Of a stretch of DNA of 32,000 bases, positions 1 through 9,653 are shown one piece after another. The translations under genes and the position numbers were made by a program. The stretch's first letter is position 1; every line of letters begins with the position of its first letter. The notes below the pieces were generated by a model. The model searched no databases. It was given only the letters and a program-made list of their open reading frames with translations, and was not told where the DNA came from. The DNA is from Fibrobacter succinogenes subsp. succinogenes S85 (lineage in GTDB: Bacteria; Fibrobacterota; Fibrobacteria; Fibrobacterales; Fibrobacteraceae), in the NCBI RefSeq assembly GCF_000146505.1, contig NC_017448.1, positions 1,470,001 through 1,502,000 of the forward strand, written 5' to 3'.

Positions 1-421
1 CGCACATCAAGGCTCGCCTTGATGCAGGCCGCGCTTTGCTGTACCAGACAGCCAGCTACGTGGACATCTACAAGGGCCTGGAGGACATCGAGCGCACCCG
101 CAAGCTCACCGACGAAGAAAAGGCTGAACTCAAGCTGTATCAGAAGCTCGCCTCTGCATGCACTCCGCTTGCCTGTGAGCCTCAAAGCCCCATGCGTTAA
201 GCTGGGGCGGAGGCGAGAGTGAGGCGCAAGCCGAACGGTCTTATAAGGTCGCCAACTGCGTGATGAGCCAGTTGCTCCTCCGCGATGCCACCAAGTCGCC
301 GGAACTGTTCGACAAGAGCATGAAGGTGTACCTGAACCTCGCCGAAGCCGAAGTCGCGAAGCACTACAACTTCGTGAAGAGCGTGAACGTGGAATCGATG
401 GAGAGTTACAAGCAGGCATAA
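1..421 (+). pseudogene. C-terminal remnant of a long-type acyl-CoA dehydrogenase, apparently disrupted by a frame switch and a missing internal segment
   Basis: Frame 3 reads HIKARLDAGRALLYQTASYVDIYKGLEDIERTRKLTDEEKAELKLYQKLASACTPLA and then hits TAA at 198-200. Frame 2 is open from 179 to the TAA at 419-421 and ends ...VANCVMSQLLLRDATKSPELFDKSMKVYLNLAEAEVAKHYNFVKSVNVESMESYKQA. The first piece resembles the C-terminal alpha-domain helices of ~600-aa ACADs. The >100 aa normally following '..LTP.AK' are absent. Confidence 0.4.
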
Positions 422-476
422 GCCCGCAGGATGTCATCCTGAGCGGAGAGCCGCGGGGCTCGAAGTCGAAGGATCT
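420..476. repeat. GC-rich hairpin-forming intergenic motif that shares short cores with elements at 10757-10990 and 18376-18432
   Basis: The sequence is AAGCCCGCAGGATGTCATCCTGAGCGGAGAGCCGCGGGGCTCGAAGTCGAAGGATC. It contains GGAT-gtc-ATCC and GAGCC-gcgg-GGCTC (448-461) stems. The 10-mer AAGCCCGCAG (420-429) recurs at 10789-10798. Confidence 0.4.
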
Positions 477-487
477 AAAAGAAATTG

Positions 488-520
488 CCCCGGCTCAAAC
501 TGAGTCGGGGTTTCTTGTTT
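488..520. terminator. Rho-independent terminator between convergent genes
   Basis: CCCCGGCTCA-aac-TGAGTCGGGG (488-510) forms a 10-bp stem with one G-U on the plus-strand RNA, followed by TTTCTTGTTT. On the minus strand the same stem has one A/C mismatch and is followed by CAATTTCTTTT. Confidence 0.7.
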
Positions 521-529
521 ATGCAATGT

Positions 530-2281
530 TCACGTCACAAAAATAAAACTCATCAACATTACAGAACATACTGCGAATATTGAAACCGTAATAAATCCCA
601 ATACTTTCCATTTGAGAGAATATTCTTCCTGATACACACCAAGCCCGACATACGGGAGAAAGCTCAACAGGACCGGCAATATATAGCGAAAATCAGCACT
701 ACAGGCGTAGGAATATTTATATCGCAAAAAACCTAAAGCCACAAAGAAAAGAATTCCTTGAATGAATAAAACCCAATGATAAATATTCATTCTGGTTTTC
801 CACCAGCCTCGAATTGCGAAAACAATTAGTCCCAGCAACGACAAACCAATCAACGACGCCAATGTTCGGCCCACAGCCGTATCTACAAGTTTCCATTCGC
901 CAAATAACGAGGATTTAAAAGCGTAATTAAAAAAATATTCTCGTCCTTGTCCATCGACCCATCCATTGGTATAAGGTTCCGTCAAGAACGATTTCATATC
1001 AAAATACAGGAAATTCTTCGCCTCATTTTCAACCTTTAGGCTTGAATGCAAACTATTTATGTTTGCAACCAGTTCACCATTGCTGAAAATCTTAATTACA
1101 ACAAGGCTCACAAAAACAAGAGCCAGTAAAATCCACCCAGCAATTTCTGTTTTGGTCGGCCGATGCAATTGATTTGTTTTTACGAATCCGAAAACAGCAA
1201 ATAGCATTACAAGTCCCAAGGTGACATAGCCCGTAGATTTTGTCCACACCGCAAGAGCCGCACACACAACAGCAGCAACAAGATGCTTTCCGTTTCCGTT
1301 CTTGATATAGTTAAAACCCGCCACCACACATAAAACGTGCAAAGTATAAAAAAGTTGGTCATTTCCGATTCTAGGTGCAACTAAAAGCAACAAGGGCCAT
1401 ACGGTCCACAGAACAGAAGCAATTCCTAAAGGAACACCTGAAACAAATTCCTTCAACAAAAATAGGCCACAGACAAGCAAAATAATTGAAAGAACCAAAC
1501 TGAATGCTTGTGCACCTGAACAAGAATTATAGTCAATCAATCCACTCACCATAAAAGACGGTATTACACTAGCATAATAAACAGGCGGATGGTAACAGCT
1601 CCAGCAATCTTTCGCAGAAGGAATAGAATGATTGTCTATTATATATTGTATATAAGCTAAGTGTCCCTCTACATCCATCGAAAATTGGTTGTAAGGCATC
1701 GCATAGAACATTGCAAAACGCAGGAGAACACCTGCAAGAATACATGCTATCAGAAATGTATTTAGTTTCAGTCGTTTCTCAACCAATATCACGATTATCC
1801 CAACAAGCAGGGCTATCATAAATTTCAGCAGAAACAGCAAAATACTATCGACTTTAGGGAAAACATTTATCCCTGCGATTCCGCCTTTATTCATCAAGAG
1901 AATTTCATAACTGGTTCTATTCCCCACACGATGTGGAGAAGTAACCGAGTCTGGAATCCAAAATCCTTTATTAAAATTACATTTATCCGAATAGCCGCTC
2001 AATGAAAATGCAAAGCCGTTAACCGTCAATGATTCGGCGCAATCATCAGGAATGATGTTTAAATCATAGGGAATATTCAATGGATTAGAAATAGAAAAAC
2101 GAACATTAAACCATTCACCGGCATCCATATTTTGTGAGATGGGTAATGTCGTTTGTTTTTCAGCATTTCCATGCCGCAGAACAACATTTTCCACCCGGAT
2201 TTGACCATAGTGGAGAATGCTGAAGCATATTAAAATGCCAATGGCACAATAGAATTCTATTGACTTAAAAATCTTTTTCAT
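530..2281 (-). CDS. Polytopic membrane protein, GT-C-fold glycosyltransferase-like (PMT_2/ArnT-like), with an extra N-terminal periplasmic beta-rich domain
   Basis: 583 aa. It has an N-terminal anchor, a ~120-aa soluble segment and then ~13 hydrophobic helices. The first large loop carries [13 protein letters not shown] and CYHPPVYY, which resemble the acidic loop motif and hPPL motif of lipid-carrier-dependent GT-C enzymes. The ATG overlaps the upstream stop (ATGA, 2278-2281). Confidence 0.6.
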   Translation of the reverse strand: MKKIFKSIEFYCAIGILICFSILHYGQIRVENVVLRHGNAEKQTTLPISQNMDAGEWFNVRFSISNPLNIPYDLNIIPDDCAESLTVNGFAFSLSGYSDKCNFNKGFWIPDSVTSPHRVGNRTSYEILLMNKGGIAGINVFPKVDSILLFLLKFMIALLVGIIVILVEKRLKLNTFLIACILAGVLLRFAMFYAMPYNQFSMDVEGHLAYIQYIIDNHSIPSAKDCWSCYHPPVYYASVIPSFMVSGLIDYNSCSGAQAFSLVLSIILLVCGLFLLKEFVSGVPLGIASVLWTVWPLLLLVAPRIGNDQLFYTLHVLCVVAGFNYIKNGNGKHLVAAVVCAALAVWTKSTGYVTLGLVMLFAVFGFVKTNQLHRPTKTEIAGWILLALVFVSLVVIKIFSNGELVANINSLHSSLKVENEAKNFLYFDMKSFLTEPYTNGWVDGQGREYFFNYAFKSSLFGEWKLVDTAVGRTLASLIGLSLLGLIVFAIRGWWKTRMNIYHWVLFIQGILFFVALGFLRYKYSYACSADFRYILPVLLSFLPYVGLGVYQEEYSLKWKVLGFITVSIFAVCSVMLMSFIFVT

Positions 2282-3912
2282 AGTTTTTTACCTTCGTGGT
2301 ATTCCTCTTCGCTGTTCACGCTCCAAAGCGCAGTCTTGTCGCTGCAACCTTCGCGGATGCACTTGACAACTTCCATTGCGGCGAGCATGCTGTGGTCCAT
2401 GTTGTTATACTTGTGCATGCCATTGCGGCCCATTAGGAACAAATTATCAATCGGGTCCACATATTCACGGACTTTGTCGAACTCGCCATAAGTACCGAAG
2501 TAGGCAGGGTAGGCCTTCTTGATGTGGAACACCACGGAATCGCGAACAGACTCGGGCCTTGCCACGTCAATCTTGTCGAGTTCCGCAATCGCGAACTTGA
2601 TGAAGTCCGCATCGGGCATGTTCCACATATCATCGCCTTCGGTGGCAAAGTATTCAAGGCCTATCCACACTTTTTCAGGGTCGGCGACAAGATACGGGCT
2701 CCAGTTGTTGAATATCTGAATACGGCCAAGTTTCACGTCGGATTCCTGCACGTAAATCCAGTTGTCGGCAACGAACTTGAGCTTGCTTTCGGGTGTACCC
2801 GGCTTTGCCGGATTCTTGATTTCAAGTTTGTCCAAAAGGAGGCCCACGGTAATGAAGTCGCGATAGACGAGACCGTCAGAGACGCGGCGCACTTCGGAGG
2901 GCACGGGATTCTTTTCGTTATCCATTGCGGCGACGAGTTCTTTCACCGGCATCGTCGAGAGGAAGTAATCGCACGGGACCGTTTCCGTATAGCGTCCGTA
3001 ATCCACGACGACGCTTTCGACACATTTACCAGTTCCGTCGCGATTCACGCCAACCACGCGGGCGTTCATAACAATCTTGCCGCCCATTTCCTGCACCTTC
3101 TCGGCAACCGTTTCCCAAAGCTGGCCTGGACCGAATTTCGGGTAAAGGAACTGTCCGATAAGGCTAGTTTCCGTGTCCTTCTGGCGGATGTCTGCTCCGT
3201 TGGCGCCGTCAGCAGCACCTTCCGCATTCTTCTTGCCGGCAAAAATCTGCTTGACAGCATGCACCACGGTTTTCGTAATCGAGAGGCCCTTGATGCGCTG
3301 GCCGCCCCAGTCGGGGCTAATCTTGCTGCACGGTACGCCCCACACCTTTTCGGTGTAATCGCGGAAGAACGTGCGGTAGAGTTCCACGCCGAAGCGGTTA
3401 ATCATAAAATCTTCGAGACTATTTTCTTTGCGGGCAGGCATCAACTGCACCTTGATGTAGCTAAGGCCAATTTTCATCATGCGCCAAAGCCCAAGGTTGC
3501 GAATCGTATCGCCGTTCAAGCTGATGGGGTAATTGAACAGCTTGCGCAAAAAGAGAATTCGCGAAAGGCGGCTGCGGCAAAGCATCACGTAGTCCGTCTT
3601 CTCCGGATCAGGACCGCCTTCCGTCAGCGGAACAGTGCGGCCAATCGCGATGTCGTCCTTGCTCGCGACACCCTGGAGCGGTAAAATTCCCTGCCACCAA
3701 TCCATTACCGTATCGCTCTTGCTAAAAAAGCGGTGACCGCCAATATCCATGCGGTTGCCGTTGTAACGCGCCGTACGCGAGATACCGCCAATGACATCTT
3801 CCGCTTCAAAAATCACAGGTTTAACATCTGTTGTACGCAAAAGTTCCAACGCCGCGGTCAAGCCCGCAGGACCAGCACCAGCAATTACAGCAATCTGACT
3901 ATTTTTTTTCAT
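2278..3912 (-). CDS. NAD(P)/FAD-dependent oxidoreductase (amine-oxidase / UDP-galactopyranose-mutase-like fold)
   Basis: 544 aa. The N-terminal dinucleotide fingerprint is [19 protein letters not shown]...[19 protein letters not shown] resembles the GGH.IF motif of UGM-type flavoenzymes. There are ATGA overlaps with both neighbours. Confidence 0.65.
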   Translation of the reverse strand: MKKNSQIAVIAGAGPAGLTAALELLRTTDVKPVIFEAEDVIGGISRTARYNGNRMDIGGHRFFSKSDTVMDWWQGILPLQGVASKDDIAIGRTVPLTEGGPDPEKTDYVMLCRSRLSRILFLRKLFNYPISLNGDTIRNLGLWRMMKIGLSYIKVQLMPARKENSLEDFMINRFGVELYRTFFRDYTEKVWGVPCSKISPDWGGQRIKGLSITKTVVHAVKQIFAGKKNAEGAADGANGADIRQKDTETSLIGQFLYPKFGPGQLWETVAEKVQEMGGKIVMNARVVGVNRDGTGKCVESVVVDYGRYTETVPCDYFLSTMPVKELVAAMDNEKNPVPSEVRRVSDGLVYRDFITVGLLLDKLEIKNPAKPGTPESKLKFVADNWIYVQESDVKLGRIQIFNNWSPYLVADPEKVWIGLEYFATEGDDMWNMPDADFIKFAIAELDKIDVARPESVRDSVVFHIKKAYPAYFGTYGEFDKVREYVDPIDNLFLMGRNGMHKYNNMDHSMLAAMEVVKCIREGCSDKTALWSVNSEEEYHEGKKL

Positions 3913-4313
3913 TCATTAAACAAAATCAGCTTGCGAGCGCAAAAATTCCACATCAAAACAACTACAGCAGCTATCATTTTTGAATACAATTCATGCAAAC
4001 TAAAGAAACCAACCATCAACAACATCAAAAGTTCATTAAGTCCCACACCCATTAACCCAACCAAAGCAAACACAGCAAATTCTGCCAATCTGCACTTTTC
4101 TAGTCGACGTTTACTACTACGGAAAACCCAACTTATGCTCAAAGCATAATTCAAGCACAGCCCGGCAACTAGCCCCATAAGATTTGCAAGCAAATATTGC
4201 CATCCAAGACCGTAAAGGCAAAGAGAAAACAAGCCAAAATCAATTACAAAGGCAAATCCGCCCACTAGTATATAACGTGCTAGTTGGGCTAGCACCGTAC
4301 AAAATGCAGACAT
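3909..4313 (-). CDS. GtrA family membrane protein (polyprenyl-phosphate-sugar translocation family)
   Basis: 134 aa with four hydrophobic helices. [18 protein letters not shown]...[24 protein letters not shown] is the typical GtrA-like signature. Confidence 0.75.
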   Translation of the reverse strand: MSAFCTVLAQLARYILVGGFAFVIDFGLFSLCLYGLGWQYLLANLMGLVAGLCLNYALSISWVFRSSKRRLEKCRLAEFAVFALVGLMGVGLNELLMLLMVGFFSLHELYSKMIAAVVVLMWNFCARKLILFNE

Positions 4314-4336
4314 TACTCGGAATTTCTGTTAACTAA

Positions 4337-5554
4337 CTACAAAAGCAATGACTCTCTAAACCACTCCCCATAGGGGTTCGCCTTCGGATTAGGGTTGTAG
4401 TTTCCATCTTCACATTTCCAGAATTCGCTTTCATAAGTTTTGTGTGTAACTTGCGGTTCCGTTGACATTATTTCATTTTTGCAATCTTCAATTAGGAAGA
4501 ATACAGAAAAATAATCATCAGTAGAGACACATTCCCCACTAGGCTTCACTTTCGTGAATTCCAGTTCGCCATCGGCAACATGACTCAAAACACTTCCAGT
4601 AAGCAGACCGCCGCCATCCACAAACGTTATAAAGTATTGACAGTTCCCATCTTTTTCTATCAAACGATTTTTCATTATTTTCGCCGTCATCGGGAAACAC
4701 TGCGGTATATCGTTTCCTTCAATTTTAACAAAATGCGATTTTAGCTCCATCGTGTTTACATTCAACGTCAATTCCGTAAAATCTATACAATTCATACTTG
4801 GCAATCCGTTGTATGCAATTACATGTTCGTCAAAAGAAAGCTGTTCAACACTTGAAGCATACTGCAAGACATAATTTTCGAGTGTTTGATCATATTTGAT
4901 TGTTATTGCCGTATCGCTAGGAGATATAGTTGACAAAGGCTCTCGCCCGCCAGCACTAGAAGAGCTTGAACTTTCACCCCCTTTTGACGAAGAAGACGGT
5001 GTTACCCCTCTACCCGTTGAATTTTGGGCATTCCTTGACATTTCAAAACACCGATTTGTAGCGATAGCGCTAAAATAAGTTATCAAGATATTCGCAGAAT
5101 CAGATTCTATTGCCTTTACTCGACAAGCGGCATCAAATGCTCCTTCCTTACAACCTTCACTAAGGCTAAAGAATTCGCTATTAGACTTATTATCGCAATT
5201 AGTCTTGAACTCGGCAAAAGCAGAATCACAGGATTGTTCGAGTCCTTCCGCTTTCAAGGTTGTCACCGCAACAGAACCGGAAATTTGTATGGTCATCGCT
5301 ATGGATGCACTATCCGCGGTACACTCTGCACGAGCGCCCGAACCATCATCCAAAACGGCCAATCTGCCTCCGTCTATTCTGGCATATGCAGCCTCGTTCA
5401 AATCCAAGCCATAATTATACCAATCGTTCACCTGTTTCTCTAAAAGGGCATTCTGGTCTTCGATTGTACCGCCAGATACCTTGTTCGATTCAGAACAAGA
5501 TTCCAGCAGCAAAGTAAGCGAACAAAGCAATAGTAATCCGAAATCAAATTTCAT
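4337..5554 (-). CDS. Cys-rich lipoprotein with a Ser-rich linker
   Basis: The ORF track starts at a TTG (5560). The ATG at 5554 gives MKFDFGLLLLCSLTLLLESC, a signal peptide with a lipobox-like Cys. The central linker is TPSSSSKGGESSSSSSAGG. The N-terminal segment SEGCKEGAFDAACRVKA...NRCFEM loosely matches NEGCGTSLEMSCVAKV...GECETF of the neighbouring lipoprotein. Confidence 0.6.
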   Translation of the reverse strand: MKFDFGLLLLCSLTLLLESCSESNKVSGGTIEDQNALLEKQVNDWYNYGLDLNEAAYARIDGGRLAVLDDGSGARAECTADSASIAMTIQISGSVAVTTLKAEGLEQSCDSAFAEFKTNCDNKSNSEFFSLSEGCKEGAFDAACRVKAIESDSANILITYFSAIATNRCFEMSRNAQNSTGRGVTPSSSSKGGESSSSSSAGGREPLSTISPSDTAITIKYDQTLENYVLQYASSVEQLSFDEHVIAYNGLPSMNCIDFTELTLNVNTMELKSHFVKIEGNDIPQCFPMTAKIMKNRLIEKDGNCQYFITFVDGGGLLTGSVLSHVADGELEFTKVKPSGECVSTDDYFSVFFLIEDCKNEIMSTEPQVTHKTYESEFWKCEDGNYNPNPKANPYGEWFRESLLL

Positions 5555-5566
5555 CGTCAAGAAGCC

Positions 5567-7279
5567 CTAAAAATCATTCCACAAAGTATAACCCAATATC
5601 ACATTGTCAGTTCCAGAATTAGCATAACGGTATATTTCAATTGTCAAATCAGCATTTGAAGTCGTTGTAAAATCTACAACTTCAAACGGATTCTGAGCGC
5701 TAATCGAAGATTCTAGCAACGATCCATTTTGGTAAACTCGCAAATCAATATCCTGCGCTATTGAATTATTCGATATTACATAGTCTCCGCTAGTAAGCCA
5801 AGCTATAGCAATTCGATAATGCGTGTTAGATGCGATGTCATTTTCCGTAAACGTTATTTTATTGTTGTTATCAAAGCAGCAAGAGTTCGATCCACTCCAA
5901 TAACGATACCTATGATTCCACGCTATGCTTGAATATCTAATAATACCCCTTGCCGCTTCTGAATTGTTATCCAAATCATGACTGGAAGCATTTCCTATGG
6001 GTATTTTTTCACTAGACACGATCCAAGCCTTTACAAGTTCGGGATGGCGTTTGAAAAAACCATATTGGCTTAAAAGATCAGCAAAAATGCCCGCTGTGTA
6101 AGGAGTAGACGCACTCGTACCGTTAAAATATCCATTCCACACATCTATATTAATATTTGGGAAATAAAAGTCCGTATAATTTGCCATTTCGGGTTTTTGA
6201 TTACCTATATTCGAATTTTTCCATTTAGAGTAAGAAACATAATTATTGTTAGAAGGATTTACCGCCCCAACAGCAATTGTGTTAAGAGCCAATCCAGGTG
6301 ATCCAACAAAATCCGTAGTATCACTCGATGATATATTTCCCGCAGCATAGAATGAAATCAGTCTATTATTGTAGATATAGTTGTCCACATCTTTATCGTT
6401 TCCCGAATACACACCATTAGACGGAAGATAATGCCAAGAATGCGAACTTATTTCAATAGTCGGATTATGAGCATCCATATTTAGACTACTCAAAAAACCA
6501 GTTCCAAGACCATCATAAGCATATAAAGTCGCCAACGGTGCTGTGGTACTTATGGTTTTCGCAACTGCTGTAGGATGCATTCGAACGCCATTAGAACACG
6601 TATTTAACAGCACATAATACCCTGAATTATAACCTACAGGGTCAGAGCAGCCCTCATCATTGAAGAAGACCCCAATGCCTTGTCCCTTATATCCGTTAGC
6701 ATGAGCATGAGATGTTATCTCAGAATAGCCAAATATTGTGGTATAAAGAGTATAACTGTCAAGAATTGGTTTTCTTACTATATCAATATATACTGGTTCA
6801 GGTCCATTCAACAATGTTTCAATTTCAGATGCCGTGAGAGAAGCTTGATATTGTTGTACCGGGACAAATTTCTCCCGTCTATTTTCAACATTTCTAAAAT
6901 AATCATCTTCAGAAATTCTATTTCCGTCCAACCAATACTTCTTTTCTCCATTTCCATTTACTTCAAACCGACCAGAAATCGGTTGAATCTCTCGGCTCGC
7001 TTGTATTGGAGATATATGTACATCTAAAGTTCTTTGCGGACGCATTATATAATAGGCTTCATTTTGGCCACTATTAGAAGATTTCTTTATTCTACCTAAA
7101 ATATCTCGAGCAGAACTCTTTTTGATTATGGTGTCAGAGACCTGTTTTTGTTCGTTTAAAAAGTCCAAAACATCATTTGACGCTTTACTTTTTAACTCCA
7201 AAGGCGGCAAATATGTCGGTTTTGCAAACAGGGTGGAGGCCAGCAGCAATATTGCAAGAGCAATCGTTTTGGAATTCAT
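5567..7279 (-). CDS. Secreted S8 (subtilisin-like) serine peptidase
   Basis: 570 aa with signal peptide MNSKTIALAILLLASTLFA. All four subtilase motifs are in order: GIGVFFNDEG (Asp), MHPTAVA (His), FYAAGN (oxyanion Asn) and FNGTSASTPYTAG (Ser). An AGGAGG Shine-Dalgarno (SD) sequence lies 7 nt upstream of the ATG. Confidence 0.8.
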   Translation of the reverse strand: MNSKTIALAILLLASTLFAKPTYLPPLELKSKASNDVLDFLNEQKQVSDTIIKKSSARDILGRIKKSSNSGQNEAYYIMRPQRTLDVHISPIQASREIQPISGRFEVNGNGEKKYWLDGNRISEDDYFRNVENRREKFVPVQQYQASLTASEIETLLNGPEPVYIDIVRKPILDSYTLYTTIFGYSEITSHAHANGYKGQGIGVFFNDEGCSDPVGYNSGYYVLLNTCSNGVRMHPTAVAKTISTTAPLATLYAYDGLGTGFLSSLNMDAHNPTIEISSHSWHYLPSNGVYSGNDKDVDNYIYNNRLISFYAAGNISSSDTTDFVGSPGLALNTIAVGAVNPSNNNYVSYSKWKNSNIGNQKPEMANYTDFYFPNINIDVWNGYFNGTSASTPYTAGIFADLLSQYGFFKRHPELVKAWIVSSEKIPIGNASSHDLDNNSEAARGIIRYSSIAWNHRYRYWSGSNSCCFDNNNKITFTENDIASNTHYRIAIAWLTSGDYVISNNSIAQDIDLRVYQNGSLLESSISAQNPFEVVDFTTTSNADLTIEIYRYANSGTDNVILGYTLWNDF

Positions 7280-7291
7280 ATTTCATCCTCC

Positions 7292-8755
7292 TTATTCGTT
7301 CCAAGTTGTATCGCAAGCCATTCCGTTTTCCGTATCGCCTTGGCATTGTACAGTAGGCAGGGGTTCCGCTTCGGGGAGATTCGCAATAAACGTTTCGCAT
7401 TCGCCTTTGAATGTATTGGCGATAGCCCTGAGTTCAGTCTGACTGGAGACCTTGGCTACACAGGACATTTCGAGGCTAGTGCCACAACCTTCATTGTAAA
7501 TCCTATAAACGCCGCCTTTCTCGTTGCATTCGGCAACATAAGCTATGCTGTCGGCCACACAAAGTTCCGTCTTTCCAGCAAAGGTTTTATAGTGCAAATC
7601 CTGTATGTAAAGCGACCCTTCGTTTTCCTTGAGGAGAATGGTTGCGTCATCGTATTGATCAAGAATAGTGCTATAGCCAGAAACCTTTTCCTTTTTAGAC
7701 TTGTAAAAAGATATTCCATCTTCTTGATTGTACAGATTTACCCAACAGCTTCCGTTGGACTTTATCTCGTTGTACACAACTTCTTTTTCGGTCGTAAAAG
7801 TAAACAAGACCGGAGAGAGTGCAAGCGTCGGCTCGTCGGTAGGCACGACCTCATCCAGAATGATATCGTCAGAAACAACAGCCTTACTGCGGCTTCCAAA
7901 GGAATCCAGCATACTGTTCATGAACGCAATGTCAGCATCGGACAAGGTTTTCGCGACATTATTGGCAGAAACATTTTCGTCATTTTTCTGCGTTGTGTCG
8001 CAGACCATTCCATTTTCCGTATCGCCTTGGCAATGCACGGTAGGCAATTCTTCCGCTTCGGGGAGATTCGCAATAAACGTTTCGCATTCGCCTTTGAATG
8101 TATTGGCGATAGCCCTGAGTTCAGTCTGACTGGAGACCTTGGCTACACAGGACATTTCGAGGCTAGTGCCACAACCTTCATTATAAATCCTGTAAATGCC
8201 GCCTTTCTCGCTGCATTCGGCAACATAAGCTATGCTGTCGGATACGCAAAGTTCCGTCTTTCCAGCAAAGGTTTTATAGTGCAAATCCTGCACATAAAGC
8301 GATCCTTCGTTTTCCTTGAGGAGAATGGTCGCATCATCGTATTGATCGAGAATGGTGTTATAGCCAGGAACCTTTTCCTTTTTAGACTTGTAAAAGGAAA
8401 TACCTTTTTCTTCGTCATACAGATTTACCCAACAGCTTCCGTTGGACTTTATCTCGTTGTACACAACTTCTTTTTCGGTCGTAAAAGTAAACAAGACCGG
8501 AGAGAGTGTGAGAGTCGGTTCATCTGTCGGAGTCACATCGTTAGCACCATCAGAAGCGACAGCTTGGCTGTTACTCCCAAAGGAATCCAGCATGCCGTTC
8601 ATGAACGCAATATCCGCATCGGATAAAGACTTTTCTGCAGTAACAGGCGCTTCTGTTGAAGGTTCTGTTCCAACGGTGGATACTGCTCCCTTATCTTCGG
8701 AGCAGGCTGCTAAAGCGATAATAGCAGCAGCGGAAATAATGATTTTTTTATTCAT
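7292..8755 (-). CDS. Lipoprotein built from two near-identical ~229-aa Cys-containing modules
   Basis: The preferred start is ATG 8755 (MNKKIIISAAAIIALAAC, lipobox), with AGGAG 7 nt upstream. The longer ORF-track start (8788) lies inside the upstream gene. The two modules run from LSDADIAFMN... to ...CQGDTENGM.CDTT. Confidence 0.7.
   Translation of the reverse strand: MNKKIIISAAAIIALAACSEDKGAVSTVGTEPSTEAPVTAEKSLSDADIAFMNGMLDSFGSNSQAVASDGANDVTPTDEPTLTLSPVLFTFTTEKEVVYNEIKSNGSCWVNLYDEEKGISFYKSKKEKVPGYNTILDQYDDATILLKENEGSLYVQDLHYKTFAGKTELCVSDSIAYVAECSEKGGIYRIYNEGCGTSLEMSCVAKVSSQTELRAIANTFKGECETFIANLPEAEELPTVHCQGDTENGMVCDTTQKNDENVSANNVAKTLSDADIAFMNSMLDSFGSRSKAVVSDDIILDEVVPTDEPTLALSPVLFTFTTEKEVVYNEIKSNGSCWVNLYNQEDGISFYKSKKEKVSGYSTILDQYDDATILLKENEGSLYIQDLHYKTFAGKTELCVADSIAYVAECNEKGGVYRIYNEGCGTSLEMSCVAKVSSQTELRAIANTFKGECETFIANLPEAEPLPTVQCQGDTENGMACDTTWNE
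7295..8647 (-). repeat. Intragenic tandem direct duplication, unit about 687 bp
   Basis: For example CCATTCCGTTTTCCGTATCGCCTTGGCA at ~7319 and CCATTCCATTTTCCGTATCGCCTTGGCA at ~8006 are offset by 687 bp. The protein units are roughly 90 percent identical by eye. Confidence 0.9.
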
Positions 8756-9608
8756 GGTTATGCTCCTTATTTTTAAATGAGGTTTCATTGTTCTGAATTT
8801 TTTCTGTGAGCGGGAACATCTGCATATTCAATCGGTACACTCGGTTTCCGCCCTTTTTGGCTGTCGCAATGGATATGATTCTTTTACGGCAAGCGTCCAG
8901 TTCCTTCAAAATTTCGGCATAGTCTTCATCGTCTATTCCCATGGTGATGCCGGTAAAATTCCGTTCATCTATGGGGTACTTTTCAACAGCCTCTCTTGCG
9001 AAATCAGCCATTTCCTTATGCATTTCACGAACGAGCACCGGCATGGCGGCAACGGACATCTGGAGAGACCTATCCACTTGCTCGTACACATCATCCGCAG
9101 TCTTCTTCAAGAACTTCGCTCGGGTCAAGAATGCCAACGCATCGCGGACCTCCTCGGCCGAGAAAGCCCCTCCACACGCCTTGGCCACTTTCAGAGGCTT
9201 CGCTCCGGGCATCATGGGAGCAAGTTCGCGCAGCACAGGATATTTCCACGATTCGTAAAAAGAGACTGATTCCCCTTCTAAAACACGGACCTTGTGAGCA
9301 CTGGCAATTTCCTTCATTTCTGTATAGGCAGCCTTCTTGTCTGCATCACTCTTTGCCTGTCCAAATTTCACAAGTTGTCTAAAATATTCTCTTTCAGCAC
9401 CCACAAGATCCATCGCGTCAGCGGCATGTTCAATTCCATTCTTCGACAAGCCGCTCTTGCCTTCACACACAATCTTCATATAATTGGGTGAAGTAAACCC
9501 TCCCTTCTTTGTAAAATCACGCCAGGAGAAAGCGGATGTTCGCTTTTTCCACTGGTAGTAATCGTTCATAAAGGAACGGTAGTCTTCATATTCAATTACG
9601 GATCTCAT
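8748..9608 (-). CDS. TIGR02147 / DUF4423 family protein (putative HTH-type regulator)
   Basis: 286 aa. The N-terminus YEDYRSFMNDYYQWKKRTSAFSWRDFTKKGGFTSPNYMKIVCEGKSGLS...EREYFRQLVKF matches my recollection of the family pattern (Y.DYR.FL.DYY..KK....FS.R.FA...G..S..YLK.VI.GKRNLS...E..YF..LV.F). Its stop overlaps the next gene's start by 8 nt. Confidence 0.7.
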   Translation of the reverse strand: MRSVIEYEDYRSFMNDYYQWKKRTSAFSWRDFTKKGGFTSPNYMKIVCEGKSGLSKNGIEHAADAMDLVGAEREYFRQLVKFGQAKSDADKKAAYTEMKEIASAHKVRVLEGESVSFYESWKYPVLRELAPMMPGAKPLKVAKACGGAFSAEEVRDALAFLTRAKFLKKTADDVYEQVDRSLQMSVAAMPVLVREMHKEMADFAREAVEKYPIDERNFTGITMGIDDEDYAEILKELDACRKRIISIATAKKGGNRVYRLNMQMFPLTEKIQNNETSFKNKEHNHE

Positions 9609-9653
9609 TATACCTTAAATATATTTTCCAATCCGCTTGCCACGATCAGTTTT

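Noticed and set aside
2524-3684. 386-aa plus-strand ORF
   Set aside because: It is antisense to the flavoenzyme gene, which carries a clear dinucleotide-binding fingerprint and operon-coupled start and stop.
7340-8626. 428-aa plus-strand ORF (and 7728-8129, 8442-8780)
   Set aside because: It is antisense to the duplicated lipoprotein gene. Its internal repetition only reflects the DNA duplication. The lipoprotein frame has a signal peptide, a lipobox and an SD.
8756-8788. N-terminal extensions of ORF-track entries (also 21404-21547, 14652-14717 and 5555-5560)
   Set aside because: Internal ATGs preceded by SD sequences give canonical signal peptides or lipoboxes. The extensions overlap upstream genes or promoters, or start at TTG.
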